Shown: positions 10,050-18,427, counted from the stretch's first letter. The stretch is DNA of 41,986 nucleotides from an uncultured Dermatophilus sp. (GCA_945876925.1 CAMCQD010000001.1:1-41986), one strand, 5' to 3'. Program-made: numbers and translations. The notes: generated from the sequence alone by a model not told the origin.

Positions 10050-10798
10050 CCGCCGAACGAGACGCCATCCCGCGCCCGCGCACCGCCGTGGCCAGCGCGC
10101 GTGTCTTCTGCCGCGCGGTCGCCTGGGAGCTGCTGCTCCAGGTGCGGTACCAGGTCGTGACGGTCGCGGTGGTTGTCACCGTCCTGTACTGCGTGCTCCT
10201 GCGACTGGCGCCGGACTCGGTCAGGGAGACGCTCACGGTCGTGGTGATCTTCTCCGACCCCACGACGCTCGGGTTCATCTTTGTCGGTGTCCTGGTCCTG
10301 TTTGAACGCGGGGCCGGCACCCTGCAGGCCGTCGTCGTGTCACCGTTGTCGGCCGTGCAGTACCTGTGGGCGAAGGCCACCTCGCTGACGGTCGTCGTCG
10401 TCCCGTGCTCCGTCGTCATCGCGGCGGTCTCCCGGGGGGGGCTCGGCTTCAACGTGCCCGTGCTGGTGCTCGGGACGGGCCTGACCTCGGTGATGCTGGT
10501 CTTCATCGGCCTTATCGGGGTGGTCCGGGCCCGGAGCCTGAACGCCTACCTTGTTGTCACCCCGCTGTTCCTGGTCCCTCTCATGCTTCCGCTGGCCCCC
10601 TATCTCCTGCACACGTGGTTCCCCCTGTTCTACCTGGTCCCGACCTCCGGCTCCGTCCTCCTCTTGGACGCGGCTATGACGAGCGCGGTCGGGTGGGAGG
10701 CCGTCTACGGCGTGTGCATCCTCGTGGCGGCCATCGTGGTGGTGCAGCGTGCCGCACGGAGGTCGTTTGAGAAGCACGTCCGTAAGGCAGGCGGCTGA
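10046..10798 (+). CDS. ABC exporter permease (fluoroquinolone-export Rv2686c/2687c-like)
   Basis: ATGA coupling to the ATPase; FSDPTTLGFIFVGVLVLFERGAGTLQAVVVSPLSAVQYLWAK; about 6 TM segments. Confidence 0.87.
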   Translation: MTAERDAIPRPRTAVASARVFCRAVAWELLLQVRYQVVTVAVVVTVLYCVLLRLAPDSVRETLTVVVIFSDPTTLGFIFVGVLVLFERGAGTLQAVVVSPLSAVQYLWAKATSLTVVVVPCSVVIAAVSRGGLGFNVPVLVLGTGLTSVMLVFIGLIGVVRARSLNAYLVVTPLFLVPLMLPLAPYLLHTWFPLFYLVPTSGSVLLLDAAMTSAVGWEAVYGVCILVAAIVVVQRAARRSFEKHVRKAGG

Positions 10799-10800
10799 GT

Positions 10801-11508
10801 ATGGGTGCCGCGCGAGCCGTGCTGCTCAATGACGTCCGTAACACGGTCCGGGACCGCACGATCGGCTGCTTCGTGGCGATCCCCTTCATCTTTGCTGCCC
10901 TGCTCAGGCTTGGCCTTCCGGTGCTGGCCGGCCACGTGCCCTTGGCGATGACCTACAGCACGGTCATTGTGTGCCTCCTGTGCGGGGTCGCCGGAGTCTT
11001 CCCCGCCTTCATGATGGTGACCCTCATGCTCGAGGAGCGTGACACGGCCGTGTCCGCGGTCCTCGCTGTCCTTCCTGTCCGGCCAGCACGGATGCTCGTG
11101 TGGCGCTGCGGGTCCGTGGGAGCCCTCGGGGCGCTCTCCTCCGCCTGCGTCCTGTTCGCCTCCGGGCTCTTTCACGGCTCCGTGGGGCTGGGTGTCCTCT
11201 TCTCCGTCCTGTGCGGCATGATGTCGCAGACGGCGCTGCTGGTGGTCATGGCCTGGGTCGACAACAAGATCGAGGGGCTCGCACTGTTCAAGATCCTGTT
11301 CTTCATGCTGTTCCTGGCCGTGCTGGCCCAGGCGTGGGAGTCCTCCTGGCGCCTTGTCGTCGCTTTCCTGCCGCCGTTCTGGGTATCGCAGTTGCTGGTG
11401 GGCACCGGTGGGGTACCTGCCTATGTGTCGCTGACGGTGTCGGTCGTCCTGCACGGGGGGGTCGCGGCGGTCGCGGCCAAGCGCCTGCTGGGGCGGCGCG
11501 AGGCATGA
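10801..11508 (+). CDS. ABC exporter permease, second subunit
   Basis: LNDVRNTVRD, LEERDTAVSAVLAVLP, NKIEGLALFK, FLPPFW; multi-TM; starts 2 nt after the previous stop. Confidence 0.85.
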   Translation: MGAARAVLLNDVRNTVRDRTIGCFVAIPFIFAALLRLGLPVLAGHVPLAMTYSTVIVCLLCGVAGVFPAFMMVTLMLEERDTAVSAVLAVLPVRPARMLVWRCGSVGALGALSSACVLFASGLFHGSVGLGVLFSVLCGMMSQTALLVVMAWVDNKIEGLALFKILFFMLFLAVLAQAWESSWRLVVAFLPPFWVSQLLVGTGGVPAYVSLTVSVVLHGGVAAVAAKRLLGRREA

Positions 11509-11663
11509 CCCAGGGTAGGCGTCGTGCCCGGTAGCGCGCCGCAGCCGTGATGGAGGGGGCCACAGGAAGTGTGGGCGCGACGGCACCCAGGGGGCGCCCG
11601 CGCGGGTGGGGGAACGACCGGCAGGGGCTGCAGGGGCCCGGTGCTGTCGGTGCCGGAGGCCGC

Positions 11664-12925
11664 TCACCGGACGAGGCCGCCTCCACGAGCTCGGCCTGCT
11701 GCCGCCTGTAGGCGCCTGAGGTTCCCACGGCGGGCGCCGCGGCCTCTGGCCGGGCCGACCAGGCGCGGGAGCGCCCCACTGGTCAGCGCCGTGGGCAGGT
11801 GGAGGGCCAGCCAGAGCCAGGCCCCCTGGTTGGCGGGCTCTAGCTGGACCCACACCGGCTCCGCCCCGGCAAAGGAGGCCAAGGCCTCAGCCAGCGCGTC
11901 GGCGTCCAGCGGGTAGATCTGCTCCAGGCGCACGATGGCGGTACGCCTGTCCCCGGTGGCTTGCCGGTGGGCGAGCAGATCGTAGTAGACGCGCCCCGAG
12001 CACAGCAGCACCCTGTCCACCGCACCCGCCGTGCCGACCGTCGCTGAGGCCGTGGCCTCCCCGGGGCGCCTCCGCCCAGCGCCGGGTCGGTCTCGCCGAT
12101 GATCGGCTGGAAGCGTCCGGAGGTGAAGGCCTCTACAGGCGAGGTGGCGGCCCTGAGGCGCAGCAGCTGCTTGGGGGTGAACACGATGAGCGGGCGGCGC
12201 GGCCGGGAGTAGGCCTGCTCGCGCAGCAGGTGGAAGTGGTTGGCCGGGGTCGTCGGCATGACCACGCGCATGTTCTCCTGCGCGCACATCTGTAGGTAGC
12301 GCTCGATGCGCGTCGAGGAGTGGTCCGGCCCCTGGCCCTCCTGCCCGTGGGGGAGGAGCATGACCAGGCCGGAGCGCTGGCCCCACTTCTGGGTCGCGGA
12401 GGTGACGTACTCGTCGATGACCGACTGCGCCCCATTGGCGAAGTCCCCGAACTGGGCCTCCCACAGCGTCAGCCCTTCGGGCCGCTCCACCGAGTAGCCG
12501 TACTCGAAGGCCAGGGCCGCGTACTCGCTGAGCAGGGAGTCGTAGATCTCCAGGGGCGCCTGGCCGGGGGTGAGGAAGTCCAGCGGCGTCCACTCCGCGC
12601 CCGTGCCATGGTCGTGCAGGACCGCGTGCCGCTGGGCGAAGGTGGCTCGGCGCGCGTCCTCCCCGGCCAGGCGCACCGGGACGCCCTCCATGAGCAGTGA
12701 GCCCAGGGCGATGAGCTCGGCGAAGGCCCAGCCGATGCCGCCGGCGCGGCTGGCGGCCCGGCGGCGGCGCAGCATGGGCTCCAGCCTGGGGTGGACGGTG
12801 AAGGTCTCGGGCCAGGCCACCTGGGAGTCCCCGATGCGCTCGACGACGCCCGGCTCGACGGCGCTCGTCCAGCCGATCATCATGCCGGCGCCCGCCTCCT
12901 GGGAGGCCGGGACCCCCAGGCCGCC
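11664..12925 (-). pseudogene. kgd: 3' fragment of multifunctional 2-oxoglutarate decarboxylase/dehydrogenase E1 (Kgd/SucA), frameshifted
   Basis: DSLLSEYAALAFEYGYS, WEAQFGDFANGAQ, LLPHGQEGQGPDHSS.RIER, FTPKQLLR, LLCSGRVYYDL, VRLEQIYP, EPANQGAW. The N-terminal roughly two thirds is absent; frameshifts near 12060, 11755 and 11675. Confidence 0.92.
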
Positions 12926-13123
12926 CGGTACGCGAGCCACCTCATCGTCATGCGGGCTGGGGCGGTGGTCGCGGCCGGACCGCCGGGTCAGGTGCTCACG
13001 GCAGACCTGGTCGAGCAGGTCTACGGGCTGCCCTGCCTCATCGTGGACGATCCCGTCTCGGAGACCTCGCTGGTAGTCCCCGCTTCCGGGCAGTGGCGGC
13101 GGACCGGTCCGGCGGCCAGCTGA
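12917..13123 (+). pseudogene. C-terminal remnant of the iron-siderophore ABC ATPase (FepC/FecE type)
   Basis: QAARYASHLIVMRAGAVVAAGPPGQVLTADLVEQVYGLPCLIVDDPVS is the typical FepC tail; Walker motifs are missing. Confidence 0.87.
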
Positions 13124-13232
13124 CGGGCCGGCGGGGCGCAGGTGCCGGCCGGCTGGGGGAGCGTGGCGTGTGATGTGCGTCTCGGCGCTTGCGGAACCGG
13201 GGAAGGCACTTCCGGGACAGCTGTATTACCTA

Positions 13233-13251
13233 TAAGGTGAGCCTTGCTTAA
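13233..13251. promoter_or_regulatory. DtxR/IdeR iron box
   Basis: TAAGGTGAGCCTTGCTTAA, 16/19 to TWAGGTWAGSCTWACCTWA, abutting the AGGAGG RBS of the gene at 13262. Confidence 0.85.
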
Positions 13252-13261
13252 GGAGGTGGCT

Positions 13262-14065
13262 ATGGAGCGATCCCGCGCAGCGGTCAGCATGGACGACACG
13301 GTGTGCCGTCGCCTCGCGGCCCGGCTGCTGGGCGGCGAGGGCGTCGCGGTGGCCCACGCCTATCGCTCCGCCCTCCCGCCGATCCGGGCGCTAGCGCACG
13401 GGCGGCTCGGCTGCGCCGCGCTGCTGGCCGTCCCCCCGGGGTCGTTCGATGGGACATTCCAGGGCGATGCCCCGCTCCCGGTGCGCCTGCATATCGCCCG
13501 GCTGGCGGATTCTCCTGGCTGGCGGATCGCGATGGCCGACGTATACGCCCTGGGGTCGGCCCGGGTCGCCCCGGATGCCGAGGGGGCCCGGCTGGCCCGG
13601 ATGCTGGGCGGGGTCTTCGCCGTCGCGGTCGAGGCCGGGCTCGCCGTCGTTGCCCGGGTCGACGTCGAGTCGGTCGTGCTACACGGCCCGGTCGGGGTGC
13701 GCCGTCTGGAGGCGGCCGTGCTGGGCTGCCCGGGGCCCTGGGACGGGCTGGAAGCCGCCGGGGAAGCGCTCAGCGTCGGGTCGCGCTGGTTCGGTGAACT
13801 CGCCGACGCGGTCGAATCCGGCCGGATCGCCGGCTTCCGGCGGATCTCGCAGTCGGCCGGTCCGCGCCCCCCTGCCCTGGACGGCAAGCTCGTGCTGGTC
13901 GATGTCTGCCCGGAGGGGCTGCTGCTGCTCGACCTGCGCGAGGGCATTGCCTTCACTACCTTCGTCGCGTTCGACGCACCCGCTGGCGATGCGGCCGACA
14001 TCGGAATGCTCCTGAGCCGACTGCTCCACCGGACTCTGCCGATCGCCGTCCCGCCGCGCACCTGA
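13262..14065 (+). CDS. Hypothetical protein, weakly DUF2470/Rv3839-like, iron-boxed
   Basis: AGGAGG RBS. The C-terminus LVDVCPEGLLLLD..FVAFDAPAGDAADIGMLL resembles the DUF2470 tail by eye; family call is tentative. Confidence 0.6.
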   Translation: MERSRAAVSMDDTVCRRLAARLLGGEGVAVAHAYRSALPPIRALAHGRLGCAALLAVPPGSFDGTFQGDAPLPVRLHIARLADSPGWRIAMADVYALGSARVAPDAEGARLARMLGGVFAVAVEAGLAVVARVDVESVVLHGPVGVRRLEAAVLGCPGPWDGLEAAGEALSVGSRWFGELADAVESGRIAGFRRISQSAGPRPPALDGKLVLVDVCPEGLLLLDLREGIAFTTFVAFDAPAGDAADIGMLLSRLLHRTLPIAVPPRT

Positions 14066-14084
14066 CAACCGCGGCATCGGCAGG

Positions 14085-14129
14085 AAAAGGGGCGGCCTCC
14101 TCACAGGTGGGAAGGGGGGCCGCCCCGTT
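14085..14129. terminator. Intrinsic terminator hairpin between convergent genes
   Basis: GGGGCGGCCTCCT (14089-14101) pairs with AGGGGGGCCGCCCC (14113-14126); AAAA at 14085-14088 gives a U tail on the minus strand. Confidence 0.7.
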
Positions 14130-14170
14130 GCACAGATGGCCCGGGGCTGATGACCCGGGCCGTGCTCAGA

Positions 14171-14458
14171 TCATGCCTGGGCGTAGCTGCGGCACTGGGC
14201 GCCATCGGTGACGGCGTCCATCGCGATGCCCTCGGCGGTGCACATGAGGTCGGTGTTGTGCACGCACTCCAGCAGCTGGCAGGCGCCGACCTGGCCGCTG
14301 GCGGTGGGCAGGCCGCCCCGGGCGTCGAGGTCGATGAAGGTGCCGCAGCGGGCCGCGCCGTCCACGCCGGTGACGGTGACCGCGAATGCGGCGCAGCCGT
14401 TAGAGTTGAACGCGCACGCGGTGCTGGCGCAGGAAGTGACAGAAGCGATGGCGGTCAT
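14171..14458 (-). CDS. DUF1540-family Cys-rich small protein (two repeats)
   Basis: 8 Cys in two C-x4-C-x2-N-x3/4-C-x15-C units; GAGAGG RBS. Confidence 0.85.
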   Translation of the reverse strand: MTAIASVTSCASTACAFNSNGCAAFAVTVTGVDGAARCGTFIDLDARGGLPTASGQVGACQLLECVHNTDLMCTAEGIAMDAVTDGAQCRSYAQA

Positions 14459-14531
14459 GACGTACTGCCTCTCGGTGGGACGTAGTTAGTGGTCTGAGAG
14501 CCGGTTGGGAATGACGCACCTGACTCTTGTG

Positions 14532-14580
14532 ACGGTATGGATCGCACCGGAGACCGGCAAGCCAGCTAAGCCTTTGCTTA
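14532..14580 (-). promoter_or_regulatory. Sigma-A-like promoter for the DUF1540 gene with a DtxR/IdeR-like box just upstream of -35
   Basis: Minus strand TTGCCG (14555-14560), 17 nt spacer, TACCGT (14532-14537); box CCAGCTAAGCCTTTGCTTA at 14562-14580 matches 14/19. Confidence 0.62.
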
Positions 14581-14642
14581 TTTATAAAAGACGCGTTCGA
14601 AAAGGGGATTCACCCCGGGCCTATGCGCACAAGTGACTCATA

Positions 14643-15545
14643 TCACACTTGGATGAGTGCCCGGGTGGCGGCCTGCCCCGGGGCGTCCTGGCCGGTTCCG
14701 GGAGCAGGTAGCGGCTCGCCGTCCGGCGTGCCCGCGCCGAGCCGCCCGCCCGTGCAGGCTAAGGCGACGCCTGCGAGCAGGCCCATGCCGCAGGTGGCCG
14801 GGATGAGGCTGGGCAGCGGTCCGGCGGTGGCCACGGTCGCGGCGAACAGCGCCCAGCTGACGCCGCTGGCCGCGAGGATCACCGGCAGCAGGCTGCCCCC
14901 GGCCAGGTTGCGGATCGCTGACAGCACGATCGAGTGGCACACGAGGAACACCAGGTAGATGCCGAGCTCGGTGAAATCGTGCACCGGCCGGTCCCAGGAG
15001 GTCGTCACCATCATCGGCAGCTGCCAGGCGAACAGCGCCAGCCCCAGCACCACGGCCGCCAGCGCCGGGTGCATCCGCTGCTGCAGCCGGGGGAGCGCGA
15101 ACCCGCGCCAGCCGGTCTCCTCCTGCAGCGGCCCGGTGAACGCGAAGGCGAGCGCCGCGAGGGCCAGCAGCGCCGCGCTCCAGAAACCGTCGTGCCTGCC
15201 GGGAGCGCCGAAGCCGGTGACGTAGCCCGCCCCGGCTGCCATCGGCACGGCGACCAGCGCGACCACGTACCAGAACGGGTTGAAGCGCCACTGCACGATC
15301 CTGCCCAGCAGCCGGGCCGGCGCGTCCGGGCCGTCGGCGATCCGGGCGGCCAGCAATGCCGCCGCGAACGGGCCGGCGCACGCGCCCAGCACCCGGATGG
15401 CCAGCAGGGCGCTGGCAGGCAGGGTCACCCAGATGATCCCCGCCCCCGAGGCGGTCAGGTACCAGGGCAGCCACATGATCCAGGACCCGGCGAAGGCCAG
15501 TGCGAAGAAGGTCAGCACCGGGTATGTGCGCACGAACGTCGTCAT
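14643..15545 (-). CDS. CPBP (CAAX/Abi) family intramembrane protease-like protein
   Basis: LQEETGWRGFALPRLQ motif and multiple TM helices; the later His motifs are degenerate. Confidence 0.85.
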   Translation of the reverse strand: MTTFVRTYPVLTFFALAFAGSWIMWLPWYLTASGAGIIWVTLPASALLAIRVLGACAGPFAAALLAARIADGPDAPARLLGRIVQWRFNPFWYVVALVAVPMAAGAGYVTGFGAPGRHDGFWSAALLALAALAFAFTGPLQEETGWRGFALPRLQQRMHPALAAVVLGLALFAWQLPMMVTTSWDRPVHDFTELGIYLVFLVCHSIVLSAIRNLAGGSLLPVILAASGVSWALFAATVATAGPLPSLIPATCGMGLLAGVALACTGGRLGAGTPDGEPLPAPGTGQDAPGQAATRALIQV

Positions 15546-15825
15546 CGGGGCCACCTCGCTGTGCCGGGCCGGATCGTCCGGGCCGGATGTGCCGATCTGG
15601 ATTTCGCGTGCCTTTCAGCATATTGCGCAGCTCCCGGCCGGGGAGGACCGGGGAGCCGTGGCGATCGGTGTGGCGCTGCTCACGCTGACGGCCGGGGCCT
15701 GCGGGGGCGAGCCGGCCGGCGCGGGCCCCGGGGATGCCGCCGGGGTGGCCGGGGCAGTCCGGTCCGGCGGCCCGCAGTCCGGGTCGTGCTGGACGGACCG
15801 GGGCCGGCACGGCAGGCTAGGGGCC

Positions 15826-16722
15826 ATGACGACCCCTCCGCGCCCGTTCGGCAGCGTGCTCACCGCCATGGTCACCCCGATGTCCCCCGGCGGGGAGGTG
15901 GACTACAAGGCCGCGCGCGACCTCGTCGAGCATCTGCTCGCCACCGGCCATGACGGGATCGTCGTCAACGGCACGACGGGTGAATCGGCCACGCTCAGCG
16001 CCGCCGAGAGCGTCGAGATGATGCGCGTCGTCGTCAGCCAGGTAGCCGGCCGGGCCGCCGTGGTCGCCGGGGTCGGCTCCAATGACACCCGTCACTGCCT
16101 GGAGATGACCGTGGCCGCCACCAGCGCCGGAGCCGACGGGCTGCTGCTGGTCTCGCCGTACTACAACAAGCCCACCCAGCGGGGCCTCATCGCGCACTGC
16201 GAGGCCGTCGCCGCCGCCACGACGCTGCCGATCCTGCTGTACGACATCCCCGGCCGCACTGGCATCCCGTTCGCCCCGGCGACGCTGCGCGCCCTGGCCG
16301 CGAACCCGCGGTTCGCCGGGGTCAAGGACGCCAAGGGCGACCAGTGGGCGGCCACCAGGCTCATGTCGGAGACGTCGCTGGCCTGGTACTCCGGCGCCGA
16401 TGAGCACAACCTGTCCTGGCTGGCCCTGGGGGCCTCGGGCATCGTCAGCGTGGTCGGTCACGTCGCCGGTCTGCGCTACCGGGCCATGGTCGACGCGGTC
16501 GACGCCGGTGACCTGGCCACCGCCCGGCGCATCCACCGCGAGCTCGTGCCCGCAGTGGATGCGATCATGAACACATCCCAGGGCGCCATCATGGCCAAGG
16601 CGGCGCTGGCCGAACTGGGCGTCATCCCGCACGCCACCGTGCGGCTCCCGTTGGTCGAGTCCCAGGCCGGGGACCTGGAGATCCTGCGTGCCGGGATGCG
16701 CGCCTCCGGCCTGCTCAGCTGA
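15826..16722 (+). CDS. dapA: 4-hydroxy-tetrahydrodipicolinate synthase
   Basis: TAMVTP, GTTGES, SPYYNKPTQ, LYDIPGRTG, GVKDAKGD; true start ATG 15826 (the ORF track over-extends). Confidence 0.93.
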   Translation: MTTPPRPFGSVLTAMVTPMSPGGEVDYKAARDLVEHLLATGHDGIVVNGTTGESATLSAAESVEMMRVVVSQVAGRAAVVAGVGSNDTRHCLEMTVAATSAGADGLLLVSPYYNKPTQRGLIAHCEAVAAATTLPILLYDIPGRTGIPFAPATLRALAANPRFAGVKDAKGDQWAATRLMSETSLAWYSGADEHNLSWLALGASGIVSVVGHVAGLRYRAMVDAVDAGDLATARRIHRELVPAVDAIMNTSQGAIMAKAALAELGVIPHATVRLPLVESQAGDLEILRAGMRASGLLS

Positions 16723-16822
16723 GCGCCAGGCTGGTTCGCGGACGGCTACGTGGCGCAGGTCGCCCTGATCGGCTTGCCCTGCCCGGTGTCGCCCGCGGCC
16801 GATAACGGGCAGGATTACCGGC

Positions 16823-18139
16823 ATGAGGCTCTTGCTACTCGGGCTAGGATTCCGCGGCGACGTGGAGCCGTTCGCCGCCCTGGGGCGAGGGCTGGCGGCG
16901 GCCGGGCACGATGTCGCCCTCGCCGTCAGCGCAGACCGCGCCGGCTGGGTGCGCGAGAACGGGCTTGCTTGCGAGACATTCGGATTCGATGTGCAGCAGG
17001 CAATCAGCCCGGTCTCCGGGCAGCCCTGGCCGGAAGGTGCCCCGGGCGGTCACCGCGCCGCCCGGAAGGCGGTGCGTGCCACTAGCCCGGTCATCGCCGC
17101 CGACCTGGAGCGCATGGTCCGTCCCGGGGACCTGGTGGTTTCCTCGGCGCTGTCGTTCAGCGCGGCCGAGTCGCTGGCCCGGGATCGCGGCTGCGCCCAT
17201 GTCACTGCGCTGTTCTCCCCGGCCACGCGCGCCCGGCAGGCCTTTCCCGGGCTGCCGCCCCGCGGGGGCGGCCTGACGGCCCTGATCTGCGGGTCGCTGA
17301 GCGCGGGCCTGCTGGGGCAACTGCTCCGGCCCGCGCCGCGTAGCCTGCGCGCCCGGGCGGGGCTTGGCGGTGAGTGGATCCCGCGCCAGCTTGCCCGCGC
17401 CCCGCACGTGCCGGTGCTGCTCGCCGCCAGCCCGCTGGTCGTGCCGGACGAGCCGGACTGGGGCCCGCGGGTGCGGGTGACTGGCTGGTGGGCCCTCCCG
17501 GCCCCCGATATCGCCCAGGCGGAGAACGTGATCCCGTCGCAGGTGCGCGCATTCGTCATGACCGGGCAGCGGCCGGTGTATCTCGGGTTCGGCGGTACGC
17601 CGGTCTGCGACCCGGCGGAAACCACCCGGATCATCTGCACCGCGGTCCGCAGGGCGGGGGTGCGCGCGGTGGTGCCGCGGGGACCGCACCGGCTGGGCGA
17701 GGACGGCGTGCCCGCCGATCTGGATGGCCAGCTGATGTTCACCGGCGACCTGCCGCACGCGTGGCTGCTGCCGCGCTGCTCGGCGGTGGTGACGCACGGC
17801 GGAGCCGGCTCTGCCGGGGCCGGGCTGCGCTCGGGGGTGCCGAGCATGGCGGTGCCGTATTCAGCTGACCAGCCGTACTGGGGGCGCCGCCTGTACGAGC
17901 TGGGGGTCGGGCCCGAGCCGATCCCGCGCCCGCAGCTGACCAGCGAGCGGCTCGCCGCAGCGCTGCGCGACATGCTCGGCAATGTGCGGATGCGCGTGCG
18001 CGCGGCCCGGATCGGCGCCCAGGTCGCAGCCGAGGACGGGGTGGCGGTCGCGGTCGGATTGCTGGAGAACCGGATGGCCCAGCTCGCGGCCGGCCCGGCC
18101 GGCTCGGCAGGCGGCGCTGCGGCGGATTTCCCCGGATAA
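16823..18139 (+). CDS. Family 1 glycosyltransferase (GT28-like N-terminus, sterol-glucosyltransferase-like)
   Basis: GFRGDVEPF, PVYLGFG, PHAWLLPRCSAVVTHGGAGS, DQPYWG. Confidence 0.9.
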   Translation: MRLLLLGLGFRGDVEPFAALGRGLAAAGHDVALAVSADRAGWVRENGLACETFGFDVQQAISPVSGQPWPEGAPGGHRAARKAVRATSPVIAADLERMVRPGDLVVSSALSFSAAESLARDRGCAHVTALFSPATRARQAFPGLPPRGGGLTALICGSLSAGLLGQLLRPAPRSLRARAGLGGEWIPRQLARAPHVPVLLAASPLVVPDEPDWGPRVRVTGWWALPAPDIAQAENVIPSQVRAFVMTGQRPVYLGFGGTPVCDPAETTRIICTAVRRAGVRAVVPRGPHRLGEDGVPADLDGQLMFTGDLPHAWLLPRCSAVVTHGGAGSAGAGLRSGVPSMAVPYSADQPYWGRRLYELGVGPEPIPRPQLTSERLAAALRDMLGNVRMRVRAARIGAQVAAEDGVAVAVGLLENRMAQLAAGPAGSAGGAAADFPG

Positions 18140-18314
18140 CGCGCCGGTTCCCCGCATCCCGGGCGCTGCCGGGGCGCTGCGGCCAGGTGCCCCTGCCTGT
18201 CCCGCTGCCTGGCTTGCGCCGCGCCCTGTCATGCCCGGCGGGCGGTCCGCTGCGCCCGTTCCTCCCGATGTGATCTGCGTCCCGGATGATCGCGCTCGCA
18301 TGCCGCGCACGCTA

Positions 18315-18338
18315 GGGTATTTGTTAGGACAAATACCC
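18315..18338. promoter_or_regulatory. Palindromic operator upstream of the Zn-dehydrogenase
   Basis: GGGTATTTGT-TAGG-ACAAATACCC: perfect 10-bp arms, AT-rich in a GC-rich context. Confidence 0.65.
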
Positions 18339-18427
18339 GTCGCCTAGGGCGATCGCGGGACCTGTCCCGGGCTGTCAGCTGCGGCGAGCCGCCGCTGGAT
18401 CCTGCGCAAACGATCAGAGGAGAGAGC

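Noticed and set aside
7186-12917. Insert as a transposon with a target-site duplication
   Set aside because: No transposase or terminal inverted repeats, and host sequence is deleted between the junctions.
15560-15825. Lysine riboswitch upstream of dapA
   Set aside because: No recognisable L-box elements; the region holds divergent promoters and dapA appears leaderless.
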